Source: Terrimicrobiaceae bacterium
GTDB taxonomy: Bacteria; Verrucomicrobiota; Verrucomicrobiia; Chthoniobacterales; Terrimicrobiaceae
Direction: 5' to 3'
Assembly (NCBI GenBank): GCA_044342325.1
Contig: JBIIPZ010000039.1
Span: forward strand, 1-25,369
DNA length: 25,369 nt
A program made the position numbers and the translations under genes. Every line of letters begins with the position of its first letter. Within the stretch, counting starts at the first letter, position 1. Of this stretch, positions 8,596 to 17,168 are shown piece by piece. The notes beneath the pieces were generated by a model. The model had not been told where the DNA came from. It saw nothing but the letters and a program-made list of their open reading frames with translations, and did no database searches.

Positions 8596-8776
8596 TTGCC
8601 CTTCTGTGTTCGCGATTAAACGGAGCGAAGTCCCGGACCTATGTTGAATAAAATCCCGGAGGCTTGGCGCCCGGCGAGATGACAGGCCTTCATTGGACGT
8701 CTGATTGCCGGTAACGCGGTCATCCACCCTATCATTAGGGAACGGGAACTGCTCCGGAACGGCACGAGGAGGGCAA
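8596..8776 (+). ncRNA. ssrS: Probable 6S RNA
   Basis: About 181-nt rod: closing stem 8596-8610/8761-8776, stems CGGAGC/GCTCCG and TCCCG/CGGGA, AU-rich central bubble with 3' hairpin CCCT-ATCATT-AGGG, apical CCGGC/GCCGG. Motifs TGTTCGC, AGTCCC, TGGCGC, CACC and CGGCA occur in the same order as in E. coli 6S. A T7 tract follows. Confidence 0.8.
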
Positions 8777-8824
8777 TTTTTTTGCTCATCATATTTGAGA
8801 CGACTGCATCCAGTTCTCTGTTGC

Positions 8825-8940
8825 CCCATTTTTCAGCCGCGGAGCGGCGTGGTTCGAGCGATTTTGAGCAGGAAGGTGTCCCTGAGCGGTTCGACGCCTT
8901 ACGTGTTTGATATTTGGGCCATGCGGGACGATGGCCCTCC
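8825..8940 (-). repeat. Second copy of the GGAG hairpin element, immediately 3' of araD
   Basis: rc reads GGAGGGCCATCGTCCCGCATGGCCCAAATATC…GCGGCTGAAAAATGGG, colinear with 2505-2638. Confidence 0.7.
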
Positions 8941-8944
8941 GCTT

Positions 8945-9640
8945 TCAGGCTTGTCCGTAGGTCGCAGTGGGGCCGTGTTTTCGGAGGAAGTGTCGCTCGG
9001 AGAGTGCCAAGGATGGCGGCTTCGTAGAGGGATCGAGTGTGAGGGCGTGGAAGGCCATGTCGGCGACGATTTCGAGGGCGAGGGCGTTCTCGGCAGCTTT
9101 GGCGCCTGATGGACCCCATGCAAACGGGCCGTGGTTGCGCACCAGAACGGCCGGGATTTCCATGGGATCGAGTCCCTCAAAGCGCTCGACGATGACATTT
9201 CCGGTTTCCCATTCGTAGGCATCGGAAATCTCAGAGGCCGTCAGGGCGCGGGTCACAGGAACCTCGCCGCGAAAGTAGTCGGCATGGGTGGTGCCAAGCA
9301 ACGGAATGCCGCGCGCTGCTTGGGCAAAGGCGACCGCCTTGCGCGAGTGCGTGTGCACGACTGAGCGGATGCCGGGAAAGCCGAGAAAGAGCCTGCGGTG
9401 TGTGGGAGTGTCCGACGAGGGGTTGAGTGTTCCCTCGACCACGCGCCCGTCCAAATCCACGATGACCATGTCCTCAGCCTTCAAAGCCGAGTAGGAAACG
9501 CCGCTGGGCTTGACGGCGAAAACTCCTGCCTCGCGGTCGCAGACGCTCACATTGCCGAAGGTCAGATCGACAAGACCTGAAGCGGGCAGCGCGGCATTGG
9601 CAGCACGGCATTCCTCGCGGATCGCCTCGTAACGGCTCAC
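8945..9640 (-). CDS. araD: L-ribulose-5-phosphate 4-epimerase (GTG start 9640, 231 aa)
   Basis: [53 protein letters not shown] overlap with the araA stop. Confidence 0.95.
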   Translation of the reverse strand: MSRYEAIREECRAANAALPASGLVDLTFGNVSVCDREAGVFAVKPSGVSYSALKAEDMVIVDLDGRVVEGTLNPSSDTPTHRRLFLGFPGIRSVVHTHSRKAVAFAQAARGIPLLGTTHADYFRGEVPVTRALTASEISDAYEWETGNVIVERFEGLDPMEIPAVLVRNHGPFAWGPSGAKAAENALALEIVADMAFHALTLDPSTKPPSLALSERHFLRKHGPTATYGQA

Positions 9641-11133
9641 GCGACGAATCCTCCAGCGATGTGGTGATAGACTTCGTTGGCGCGGAGTTCCTGGCGGAAA
9701 GCTCCGGCCTCGGTTTTGTCTCCAATGACGACGCACTCGATACCGGCGATGGTGGCGAAGTCCTCCAAATGTTCGCGGGTCACAGTGTAGCTGAAGCCTG
9801 TGTGGTGAGCGCCTCCCGCATGAATCCAAGATTCGCAGGCGGTGGCAAAATCTGGCCGGCACTTCCAGACCGCGCGGGCGACGGGGAGTTTTGGCAAGGC
9901 GTGCGGTGGTTGGATGGCATTGACTTCGTTGACCAAAAGCCGGAAGCGGTTGCCGAGATCGATGAGCGAGGCATTCAACGCAGCTCCAGCAGGAGCATCG
10001 AATACGAGGCGCACGGGATCCTCCTTGCCACCGATACCCAGCGGGTGAATCTCGCACGATGGCTTGGACTGCGCGATGGATGGGCAAATTTCCAACATGT
10101 GGGAGCCTAGGACGAGATGGTTGTTGGGTTCCAGATGATAGGTGTAATCCTCCATAAACGATGTTTTGCCACCGAGGTCGCTGGCAATAACTTTCATCGC
10201 GCGGAGAAGGGCGGCTGTCTTCCAATCCCCCTCGGCACCGAAGCCGTAGCCCTCGGCCATGAGGCGCTGGACGGCGATTCCGGGTAGTTGCTTGAGTCCA
10301 TGCAAATCCTCAAAGGTGGTAGTGAATCCCTTAAATCCCCCTTGCTTCAGAAACGCCCGCAAGGCGGCCTCGATGCGGGCGGCTTCACGCAAGGATTCAT
10401 GGCGCTCGCCGCCCTTGGCAAGCGCAGGAGCGAGTTGATAGCTCGCGGCGTATTCCTCGCAGAGCGCATTGATTTCTGAGTCGGCAATGCCCGATTGGAT
10501 CGCCACAAGGTCGCCGATTCCGTAGCCGTTCACCGAGAAGCCGAATTTCATTTCGGCCGAAACCTTGTCACCTTCCGTGACGGCGACCTGACGCATGTTG
10601 TCACCGAGGCGGGCGAACTTCGCACCCTGCCAATCGTGCCATGCGCGGGCGGCGCGAACCCATGCGCCGATGCGGGAAACTACTGATTCGCTTTGCCAGT
10701 GCCCTGCGACGACTTTTCGCGCGAGACGCATTCGCGTGTGGAGGAACCCCGCCTCGCGGTCGCCGTGGGCGGCTTGGTTGAGGTTCATGAAGTCCATGTC
10801 GATCTCCCCCCAGGGCAGATCGCGGTTGAACTGGGTGTGCAGATGCAGGAATGGCTTCCGCAGCGAGGATAGCCCACCGATCCACATTTTTGCGGGAGAA
10901 AATGTATGCATCCACAGAATCAACCCTGCGCAATCGGGATTGGCATTAGCCTCGAGAATCGTCGCGCGGATGGCGTCAGGTGTGGTTAGGACAGGCTTGA
11001 AGACAACAGGCAGCGGGAGTTTTTCGCCGAGGCCGCCAGCGATCGCCTGCGAATTGGCGGCGACTTGCTTGAGGGTTTCGGGACCGTAGAGGTGTTGGCT
11101 GCCTGTGAGGAACCAGATTTCGGGTGTTTTCAT
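9637..11133 (-). CDS. araA: L-arabinose isomerase
   Basis: [69 protein letters not shown]. Confidence 0.98.
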   Translation of the reverse strand: MKTPEIWFLTGSQHLYGPETLKQVAANSQAIAGGLGEKLPLPVVFKPVLTTPDAIRATILEANANPDCAGLILWMHTFSPAKMWIGGLSSLRKPFLHLHTQFNRDLPWGEIDMDFMNLNQAAHGDREAGFLHTRMRLARKVVAGHWQSESVVSRIGAWVRAARAWHDWQGAKFARLGDNMRQVAVTEGDKVSAEMKFGFSVNGYGIGDLVAIQSGIADSEINALCEEYAASYQLAPALAKGGERHESLREAARIEAALRAFLKQGGFKGFTTTFEDLHGLKQLPGIAVQRLMAEGYGFGAEGDWKTAALLRAMKVIASDLGGKTSFMEDYTYHLEPNNHLVLGSHMLEICPSIAQSKPSCEIHPLGIGGKEDPVRLVFDAPAGAALNASLIDLGNRFRLLVNEVNAIQPPHALPKLPVARAVWKCRPDFATACESWIHAGGAHHTGFSYTVTREHLEDFATIAGIECVVIGDKTEAGAFRQELRANEVYHHIAGGFVA

Positions 11134-12797
11134 TTTTGGGATTGGGATTTGATTGCGAGGAGCTGTTTCATGACGCCCGAGAGATCGGCTTGGCGGTTCA
11201 CGCCTCCGAATGCGTCGTGGAGCGTTTTGTAGACAGCGAAGAGGCGGTCATAGGTCTTGCGAGCCGCCGCGCGGGGCTTGTATTCGATGTTCTTGAGCGA
11301 GGTCATTGCTTTCTGGGCAGCCGGGAAATTCTTGAAAACTCCCGCCAGCACAGCAGCTGAGACCGCCGAACCCAAGGCGCAGGCCTGCGAGGAGCCCGCG
11401 ACCAACATCGTGCGACCGGTGACATCGGCGTAGATTTGCATAAGGAGCGGATTTTTTTCCGCAATGCCGCCGGCGCAAACGATGCGCTTCACGGGCACGC
11501 CGTATTCCTCGATCCGTTCGATGATCGTTCGTGCGCCGAATGCCGTGGCCTCGATGAGCGCACGGTAGATTTCCGCCTTGGTGGTGTGCAGCGTTGTTCC
11601 CAAAAGCAAACCGCTGAGCATCGGATCGACCAGAACCGTGCGGTTGCCATTGTTCCAATCAAGCGCCAGGAGACCGCTGCCGCCGGGTTGGAGGGTGGAG
11701 GCCTCCTTGGCCAGGCTTGCATAGAGGGCGGCGTCGCCTTCGCAGACCGATTCGATCCACCATTTGAAAATATCGCCCACGGCGGACTGGCCCGCCTCGA
11801 TGCCGAAAAAGCCGGGCAGGATGGCACCCCTCACGATGCCGCAGATGCCGGGGATATCTTTGACCTTCTTGGTTGCGGGAACAACGGCGCAATCGCAGGT
11901 TGATGTGCCGATCACCTTCACCAGCGTGCCTTCGCTAACGCCGCTGCCGATGGCTCCGTAGTGCACATCCATTTCGCCGATGGCCACTGGAATCCCAGCG
12001 GGCAGTCCAAGCTTGTCCGCCCATGCCGGCGAGAGCGTGCCGGCGGCGGTATTGGCATCATGGGCCTTGTCGTAGAGACGATCCCGAAGCTCCGCGAGTT
12101 TGGGACTGAGCAAGGACAGGAACTTTTTATCGGGCAATCCACCCCACTCATCGCAGTAAAGCGCCTTGTGGCCAGCGGCGCAGATGCCGCGCTTGATTTG
12201 CTTGGGATCCTCGACTCCGCAGAGCACCGAGGGAATCCAGTCGCACATCTCAACCCATGAGTAAGCCGCCTGGAAAACATCGGGCGCCGTTTTCAGACAG
12301 TGCCAGATTTTGCTCCAAAACCACTCGGAGGAATATGTGTTTCCACACTTGGCGATGTATTCCGGACGGTGTTTCGCGGCAAGTTCCGTTATGCGAGCGG
12401 CCTCCTGCCAAGAAGTATGGTCCTTCCAAAGCCAGCATTGCGCGGCGGGATTTTTTTTCCACTTCGGCAAAGATGCGAGGGCGCGGTTGGCGGAATCCAC
12501 CGGAATCGGACTCGAACCGGTCGTGTCCACACCGAGGCCAACGATCGTCGCAGGTTTGAAGGCCTTGTTTTTCTTCGCGGCGGCGGCCAGAGCGCCTTTC
12601 ACACAAAGCTCAAGCCCCACGAGATAATCTGGGGGATGCTGCCTCGCGAGGTGGTGGTCTTTGGGGTCAATGAGCACCCCGTCTTTTCCTGAGGGATAAC
12701 CGGCCACGAAGCTGCCGAGTTCCTCACCATTGTCACAACGCACGACGAGCGCGCGAACCGAATTTGTGCCGTAGTCTATGCCAAGGGAACATTTCAT
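11130..12797 (-). CDS. araB: Ribulokinase (start ATG 12797 or 12806)
   Basis: [75 protein letters not shown] overlap with araA. Confidence 0.96.
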   Translation of the reverse strand: MKCSLGIDYGTNSVRALVVRCDNGEELGSFVAGYPSGKDGVLIDPKDHHLARQHPPDYLVGLELCVKGALAAAAKKNKAFKPATIVGLGVDTTGSSPIPVDSANRALASLPKWKKNPAAQCWLWKDHTSWQEAARITELAAKHRPEYIAKCGNTYSSEWFWSKIWHCLKTAPDVFQAAYSWVEMCDWIPSVLCGVEDPKQIKRGICAAGHKALYCDEWGGLPDKKFLSLLSPKLAELRDRLYDKAHDANTAAGTLSPAWADKLGLPAGIPVAIGEMDVHYGAIGSGVSEGTLVKVIGTSTCDCAVVPATKKVKDIPGICGIVRGAILPGFFGIEAGQSAVGDIFKWWIESVCEGDAALYASLAKEASTLQPGGSGLLALDWNNGNRTVLVDPMLSGLLLGTTLHTTKAEIYRALIEATAFGARTIIERIEEYGVPVKRIVCAGGIAEKNPLLMQIYADVTGRTMLVAGSSQACALGSAVSAAVLAGVFKNFPAAQKAMTSLKNIEYKPRAAARKTYDRLFAVYKTLHDAFGGVNRQADLSGVMKQLLAIKSQSQK

Positions 12798-12826
12798 GGA
12801 TTCCATGCAAACAAGGGCGCTGGGAT

Positions 12827-12845
12827 TGTAAACGCAGAATTTACA
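12827..12845. promoter_or_regulatory. Candidate operator (inverted repeat) between araB and the LacI gene
   Basis: TGTAAA-CGCAGAA-TTTACA. The left part, TGTAAACG, resembles LacI-family half sites. Confidence 0.45.
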
Positions 12846-12864
12846 TGACAGTAATGTCGCCGAC

Positions 12865-13896
12865 ATGAAACCAGTTTCCATGCAAGATGTGGCGAAGGCT
12901 TGCGGGGTTTCCAAGAACACTGTCTCTCAGGCCCTGCGAAACAGCCCGCAGATTTCCGAAAGCATGCGGGAACGCATTGCGGATGCTGCCACACGCATGG
13001 GCTACAAAAAAAACGCGGTCGTCGCCGAGTTGATGGCAAGGCTGCACGCCGGAGGAACACGGCGCTTCCGCTGCGCTCTTGCTTTGATCAATGCAAACCA
13101 GGACCGAAAGGCCTTCGAGCGACATCCCACGATTCCAGTTTATGTGCAAGGATGCCGGGCCCGCGCCGCCGAGTTGGGATATGAACTGGACGAGTTCTGG
13201 ATTCATGAACCCAAAATAAACGGCGAAAGACTCTGCCAGATATTTCGCACGCGGGGCATTCCGGGTGGCATTTTGGTGGGCCTGATGGATGAGAATCATC
13301 TGCCCGCACACTTCGAGCCGGTCTTAAAGGAATTCCCATTGGTCGTCACAGGCGTGCGCACACGCGAACCAAGCCTGTCATTTGCCTGTGTGGATCATCA
13401 CATGGTCGCCCTGCGGGCCTTTGAGAAAGTGCTCGAACTCGGTTATAAGCGCCCAGGCCTTGTGCTCGACGCGCGGATCGACGCCTTGGTCGAGCACCGC
13501 TTCAGCGCAGGCTACGAGGTAGGGCAGCGGCTCCTGCCTGTGTCGCGGCGATTGAAGCCTTTCTTTGAGGTGTCCGAGGCTCGAACGGACAAATTCCTTT
13601 TCCACCGCTGGCTGAAGCAAGAGCGCCCGGATGCGATCTTCAGCCTCTACCATGAGATCGGAGATTGGGTGGAGGAGCATGGCCTGAGCGTGCCAGAAGA
13701 TGTTCTCATGGTTCAATACGAGTGGCGCTCTGGCAGCCCACATTGGCCAGGCATGAATCAACGCAACGAACTGGCAGGCCAGGCAGCGGTGGACATGCTC
13801 ATCGGAATGCTCCATCGCAGCGAAAAAGGCCCGCCGCCATTTCCCCAAGCGACGCTCATCGATCCTGCATGGACAGTTGGAAAGGGCTCTAAATGA
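12865..13896 (+). CDS. LacI-family transcriptional regulator, divergent from araBAD
   Basis: N-terminal HTH SMQDVAKACGVSKNTVSQALRN…RERI…MGY followed by a periplasmic-binding-protein-like sensor domain (LGYKRPG, PDAI, GLSVPEDV). Confidence 0.92.
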   Translation: MKPVSMQDVAKACGVSKNTVSQALRNSPQISESMRERIADAATRMGYKKNAVVAELMARLHAGGTRRFRCALALINANQDRKAFERHPTIPVYVQGCRARAAELGYELDEFWIHEPKINGERLCQIFRTRGIPGGILVGLMDENHLPAHFEPVLKEFPLVVTGVRTREPSLSFACVDHHMVALRAFEKVLELGYKRPGLVLDARIDALVEHRFSAGYEVGQRLLPVSRRLKPFFEVSEARTDKFLFHRWLKQERPDAIFSLYHEIGDWVEEHGLSVPEDVLMVQYEWRSGSPHWPGMNQRNELAGQAAVDMLIGMLHRSEKGPPPFPQATLIDPAWTVGKGSK

Positions 13897-13915
13897 GCGA
13901 AGATGCCCGACCCGT

Positions 13916-13974
13916 GCCGACGAGGACGTCGGCGCGACGGTGCATTGGGACGCCAAGGGCTTGGCGTGCCCTAC
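13916..13974 (-). repeat. Two tandem REP-like hairpins
   Basis: rc(13947-13974)=GTAG-GGCACGCCAAGCCCTTGGCGTCCC and rc(13916-13938)=GTCG-CGCCGACGTCCTCGTCGGC. Confidence 0.55.
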
Positions 13975-14062
13975 CTTGGGGTTACTAAGCCCGCTGCCGC
14001 GCTTTAAGGGGAATTAACCGCAATTCCATCGATTGAAAAAGGTTTGGACGGAATTAACCGAA

Positions 14063-14370
14063 CTACTTTTTCTTCGCTTTTTTGGCTGAGCTGGTGGATG
14101 TCTTTTTTACGGCAGGCTTAGCCTTGCCTTTTTTCACCGGCTTGGCATTGACTTTTTTCGCCGGCTTGGCATTGACTTTTTTCGCTGGGGCGACAGGCAG
14201 CGGTGTGGGAGGGGTGGACGGTGGAGCAGACGGTGGAGTGTAAGGAGGGGTTGGAGAAGGCGCCGCAGCCAGCATCATAATTTTTTCTGCTTGCCCTGTG
14301 GCTTCGGCTCCATCTGAAGTAGCGAGAGATGAAATAAACTCCCGGCTATTGGTTAAGGTGATGCCAGTTG
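14063..14370 (-). CDS. Pro-linker plus Lys/Ala-rich (histone H1-like) tail. Either a small protein starting at ATG 14277 or the 3' remnant of a longer gene
   Basis: AAAPSPTPPYTPPSAPPSTPPTP followed by PAKKVNAKPAKKVNAKPVKKGKAKPAVKK…AKKAKKK*. The start is uncertain. Confidence 0.6.
14137..14184. repeat. Exact 24-bp tandem duplication (AKKVNAKP x2)
   Basis: ccggcttggcattgacttttttcg at 14137-14160 and 14161-14184. Confidence 0.95.
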
Positions 14371-14371
14371 T

Positions 14372-15100
14372 TTGGTGGATGACGAGCCCACGGCCAGAGT
14401 CCAGCTCACCGACCGTCTCAAATCCCACCCCGAGATCGAGATCGTGGGTGAAGCGAAGGATGTCACCTCGGCAAACGATCTGGTGCAAACGCTCAAGCCG
14501 GACGTGATTTTTCTCGATATCCAGATGCCCAAAAAGAATGGCTTCGCCCTTCTCCCGAAGCTCGAGAATCTCACCCCGCAGCCAGCGGTTGTCTTTGTCA
14601 CAGCCTACGACGAGTATGCCATCCGAGCCTTCGAGGCCAATGCCTTAGACTATCTCACCAAGCCAGTCAGCGCAGCGAGGCTCGCCAAGACGATCCTCCG
14701 CCTGTCCAAGCCGCCAGTTTCTGAAACGGGCGAGCCCCACCCGGTGGCCAAAGCTGGAGAAAGGCTTGCAGCAGAGGACCTCGTATTACTACGGGATAAA
14801 TCTCTTTCCATGATGGTGAAAGTCGGGGAAATCACCGCCATTGAGGCTCATGGCGACTACACCCGGATCCTCCTCAACGAAGGCAAAAACCTCATGATGA
14901 AACAGACACTCTCCCTCTGGGAGAGCCAACTGCCGGCGGGTCTCTTTGTCAAAGTCAGTCGCAGACTGCTCGTGAACAGTCAATCCGTTGCCAAGATCGT
15001 GAGAAAAAATCTCCTCAGCTGGGAGCTCCAGCTTCAGGGCGCCAAGGAGCCGATTAAACTCAGCAATCTGGAGAGCAAGCGCCTCCGAGCCGCGCTGTAA
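14372..15100 (+). CDS. LytR/AlgR-family response regulator (REC + LytTR), 5' end apparently clipped
   Basis: VDDEP, FLDIQMP, FVTAYDEYAIRAFEANALDYLTKP and a LytTR domain. An in-frame TAA at 14354-56 leaves only TTG 14372 or GTG 14375 as starts. Confidence 0.88.
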   Translation: MVDDEPTARVQLTDRLKSHPEIEIVGEAKDVTSANDLVQTLKPDVIFLDIQMPKKNGFALLPKLENLTPQPAVVFVTAYDEYAIRAFEANALDYLTKPVSAARLAKTILRLSKPPVSETGEPHPVAKAGERLAAEDLVLLRDKSLSMMVKVGEITAIEAHGDYTRILLNEGKNLMMKQTLSLWESQLPAGLFVKVSRRLLVNSQSVAKIVRKNLLSWELQLQGAKEPIKLSNLESKRLRAAL

Positions 15101-15144
15101 AAAGCAGAATTAACCACAAGCGAGCGCCGTGGCAGGCGGGATTA

Positions 15145-15282
15145 TACCAAAAGCTGAATACTTTTGGACTCTACTGTAGCGGCGGTCTATGACCGCCGAT
15201 GGTTAACGACTCCGGCGCTCATAGAGACGCCGCTACAAGTTAAAACGTCGCGCTAAAGTTCAAAACCTAATAGATATTGGTA
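15145..15282. mobile_element. 138-bp MITE-like element containing an inverted GTAG-REP pair
   Basis: Ends are TACCAA…TTGGTA (18/27 identity over the extended TIR) flanked by TTA direct repeats (15142-44, 15283-85). Internal REPs lie at 15175-15198 and 15213-15237. Confidence 0.65.
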
Positions 15283-15822
15283 TTACTCTTTGCGGATGGT
15301 TCTGAACACTGGTTGCTGGATGGGGTTGGGGTGTTCTTGGATTGTGGTGCCGATTATTTCGCCCTTTTCGTTATAGAGGGGCACCGCCGTGCGAATCGGT
15401 GATCCGTAGTCGATAAAACCCTCGATCTCTGTTTGTTCGAATCCAGCGCCATCGATCGTCAGTCCGGTTTGTCGTGTCTCGAAGGCTGTTGGTGTTGCAG
15501 GTTGCACGATATAGCCACCATCAGCCTGAGGAGTGATGCGAGGAGCAGCGTATTGTGTGGCTACGGGAATTTCGCGGCCAATGAATATTCTCGTTTGAGC
15601 GGGAGCACTTGCTCTCGCGGGTTCTCCGAGAAACTGATGGTTTCTGCGGATTTCCTGCTCCTCCTCTTCGTCGGCAGTAGGAGTGGGTGAAGCCGCTGTG
15701 GCGTTTCCTTTGGCGATTTCTTGGATGGGTTGCGCGACATCCGCTTCGGGAGCCGCGAAAGCAGTGGTGAGGAAGGAAAAAAATGGGAACAAAATCCAGC
15801 GCAGCGTGGTTTGGAAATTCAT
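15283..15822 (-). CDS. Small exported protein resembling an internal segment of verrucomicrobial secretins (start 15822 or 15834)
   Basis: Signal peptide ending AFA-APE, then IGREIP…Y..P, PATPTAFETRQTGLTI, EGFIDYGSPI and NPIQQPVFRT. Similarity is recalled from memory, not searched. Confidence 0.65.
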   Translation of the reverse strand: MNFQTTLRWILFPFFSFLTTAFAAPEADVAQPIQEIAKGNATAASPTPTADEEEEQEIRRNHQFLGEPARASAPAQTRIFIGREIPVATQYAAPRITPQADGGYIVQPATPTAFETRQTGLTIDGAGFEQTEIEGFIDYGSPIRTAVPLYNEKGEIIGTTIQEHPNPIQQPVFRTIRKE

Positions 15823-15901
15823 GACAACTGACATGGTTCAAACTCCGCCGTTCCCGACCTCTTTGCAACTCACCGGAACTCCCGCGTTCGGTATCCGAGG
15901 C

Positions 15902-16498
15902 TTATTTGGCGTATTTGATCGAGCAGCCGTAGGCCTCGGTTTCTGGTGTGCTCACGGGCTTGCCTGCGAGGGTTTCCTCAATAGCTGCGGCGACGAGGTT
16001 TTTCGCTGTTGCGATATCTGCAGGATCGACGGATTTTTTGTCATCAATCGCCCCTTTGTAAACGAGGATGCCGTCGGAGTTGATCACATACATCTCGGGT
16101 GTGCGTTTGGCTCCGTAGGCGCGGCCGGTCGCGCCCGACTCGTCGATGAGATAGGCGGTGGCGGCGGAGTTTTTTTCCGTGCAGGCCTTGAGTGCGTCGG
16201 CGGGCGTTGCGTGGCCTTGCTGGTTGGGAGCCGACGAGCAGATCGAAAGCCACACGACACCTTTCGCGGCGGCATCCGCTTGGAGTTTCTGCATGTTGCC
16301 GGAGCCGTAGTGCTTCACCACGAAGGGGCAGCTGTAGTTGGTCCACTCGAGCACGACGACTTTGCCTTTGAAGTCGGAGAGGGACACGGACTTGGATTCA
16401 CAGGTCGGGAGAGTGAATGCTGGAGCGGGTTTGCCGATTTCGGCGTCAGCGTGGACCCATGTGGCGAGTGCGAGAAGGAGGAGAAGTGATCTTTTCAT
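15902..16498 (-). CDS. Exported redoxin/AhpC-TSA (thioredoxin-fold) protein
   Basis: Signal peptide, IGKPAPAFTL, LSDFKGKVVVLEWTNYSCPFV, YGAKRTPEMYVI, YKGAIDD, YGCSIKY. Confidence 0.9.
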   Translation of the reverse strand: MKRSLLLLLALATWVHADAEIGKPAPAFTLPTCESKSVSLSDFKGKVVVLEWTNYSCPFVVKHYGSGNMQKLQADAAAKGVVWLSICSSAPNQQGHATPADALKACTEKNSAATAYLIDESGATGRAYGAKRTPEMYVINSDGILVYKGAIDDKKSVDPADIATAKNLVAAAIEETLAGKPVSTPETEAYGCSIKYAK

Positions 16499-16544
16499 AG
16501 AGCCTCAAAATACATCCCCAAGGCTAGATGGCAATCTACTGGGT

Positions 16545-17156
16545 TCACCCGAATGAGGAGCGTAATTTTTTAAGCAGTATTCGGAGGCCTTGGGAAATAT
16601 TCCGCAGAAGGCGTGGCAGAAAAATGAGAATGGCGGTGCAGACAATCACTGCAAGGAGCAGGGCGACGAAAGGGCTCCAGGCCAAGAGGCCCAAGCCGCC
16701 GAGCACGATCCCGTCCTCCATCAGGCTGAGGGCGATGTTTGTGAATGGCTCGGGCGAGGTGTTCGCCGCCAGGCGGGTTCCGGCTTTCGCAGTGTGGGAG
16801 GAAAACGCCATGCCGCCGGCGAGCAGGGCGGCCACGACTTCAAAGGCAGGATGCGCATCGCCCATGGCGGCCACGGCAAGCGCGGCGGCGCCGATAGGAC
16901 GGATGAGCGTGTGTATGGCATCCCACGCCGTATCGACCCAAGGAATTTTGTCGGCGCAGAACTCGATCGCATAGAGCGCCCCGGCGATGCAGAGGATCGT
17001 GGGATGTCCAAGCACCTCCAGACCGGCAAGCTGAGAGGGAAGTATGACCCAATGGAAATGCAAAGCCAGACCCGTCACCAGCACGGTGAGGTAGAGATTC
17101 ACACCCGCCAGCGTTCCCAAGCTCAGGGCGACGGCGAGGGTTTTGAGGACTTCCAT
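16545..17156 (-). CDS. DUF4126-like membrane protein
   Basis: AGVNLY, EFCADKIPWVDTAWDAIHTLIRP, KAGTR…SPEPFTNIALSLMED. Confidence 0.85.
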   Translation of the reverse strand: MEVLKTLAVALSLGTLAGVNLYLTVLVTGLALHFHWVILPSQLAGLEVLGHPTILCIAGALYAIEFCADKIPWVDTAWDAIHTLIRPIGAAALAVAAMGDAHPAFEVVAALLAGGMAFSSHTAKAGTRLAANTSPEPFTNIALSLMEDGIVLGGLGLLAWSPFVALLLAVIVCTAILIFLPRLLRNISQGLRILLKKLRSSFG

Positions 17157-17168
17157 GGGAACCTCAGG

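Noticed and set aside
8641..8682. In-frame TGA readthrough (selenocysteine) ORF starting MLNKIPEAWRPAR
   Set aside because: Lies inside the 6S RNA structure, with no selenoprotein-like motif or recognisable SECIS.
8482..9119. Several ORFs (115, 134 and 167 aa) between pheT and araD
   Set aside because: The region is better explained by the 6S RNA and the hairpin repeat, and the translations are not protein-like.
9641..10225. N-terminal extension of the araD ORF (426 aa in the track)
   Set aside because: Overlaps araA in another frame. AraD homology starts at GTG 9640.
15283..15285. Truncation of the secretin-like gene by the MITE
   Set aside because: The TAA is the duplicated target itself, so it was already an in-frame stop before insertion.
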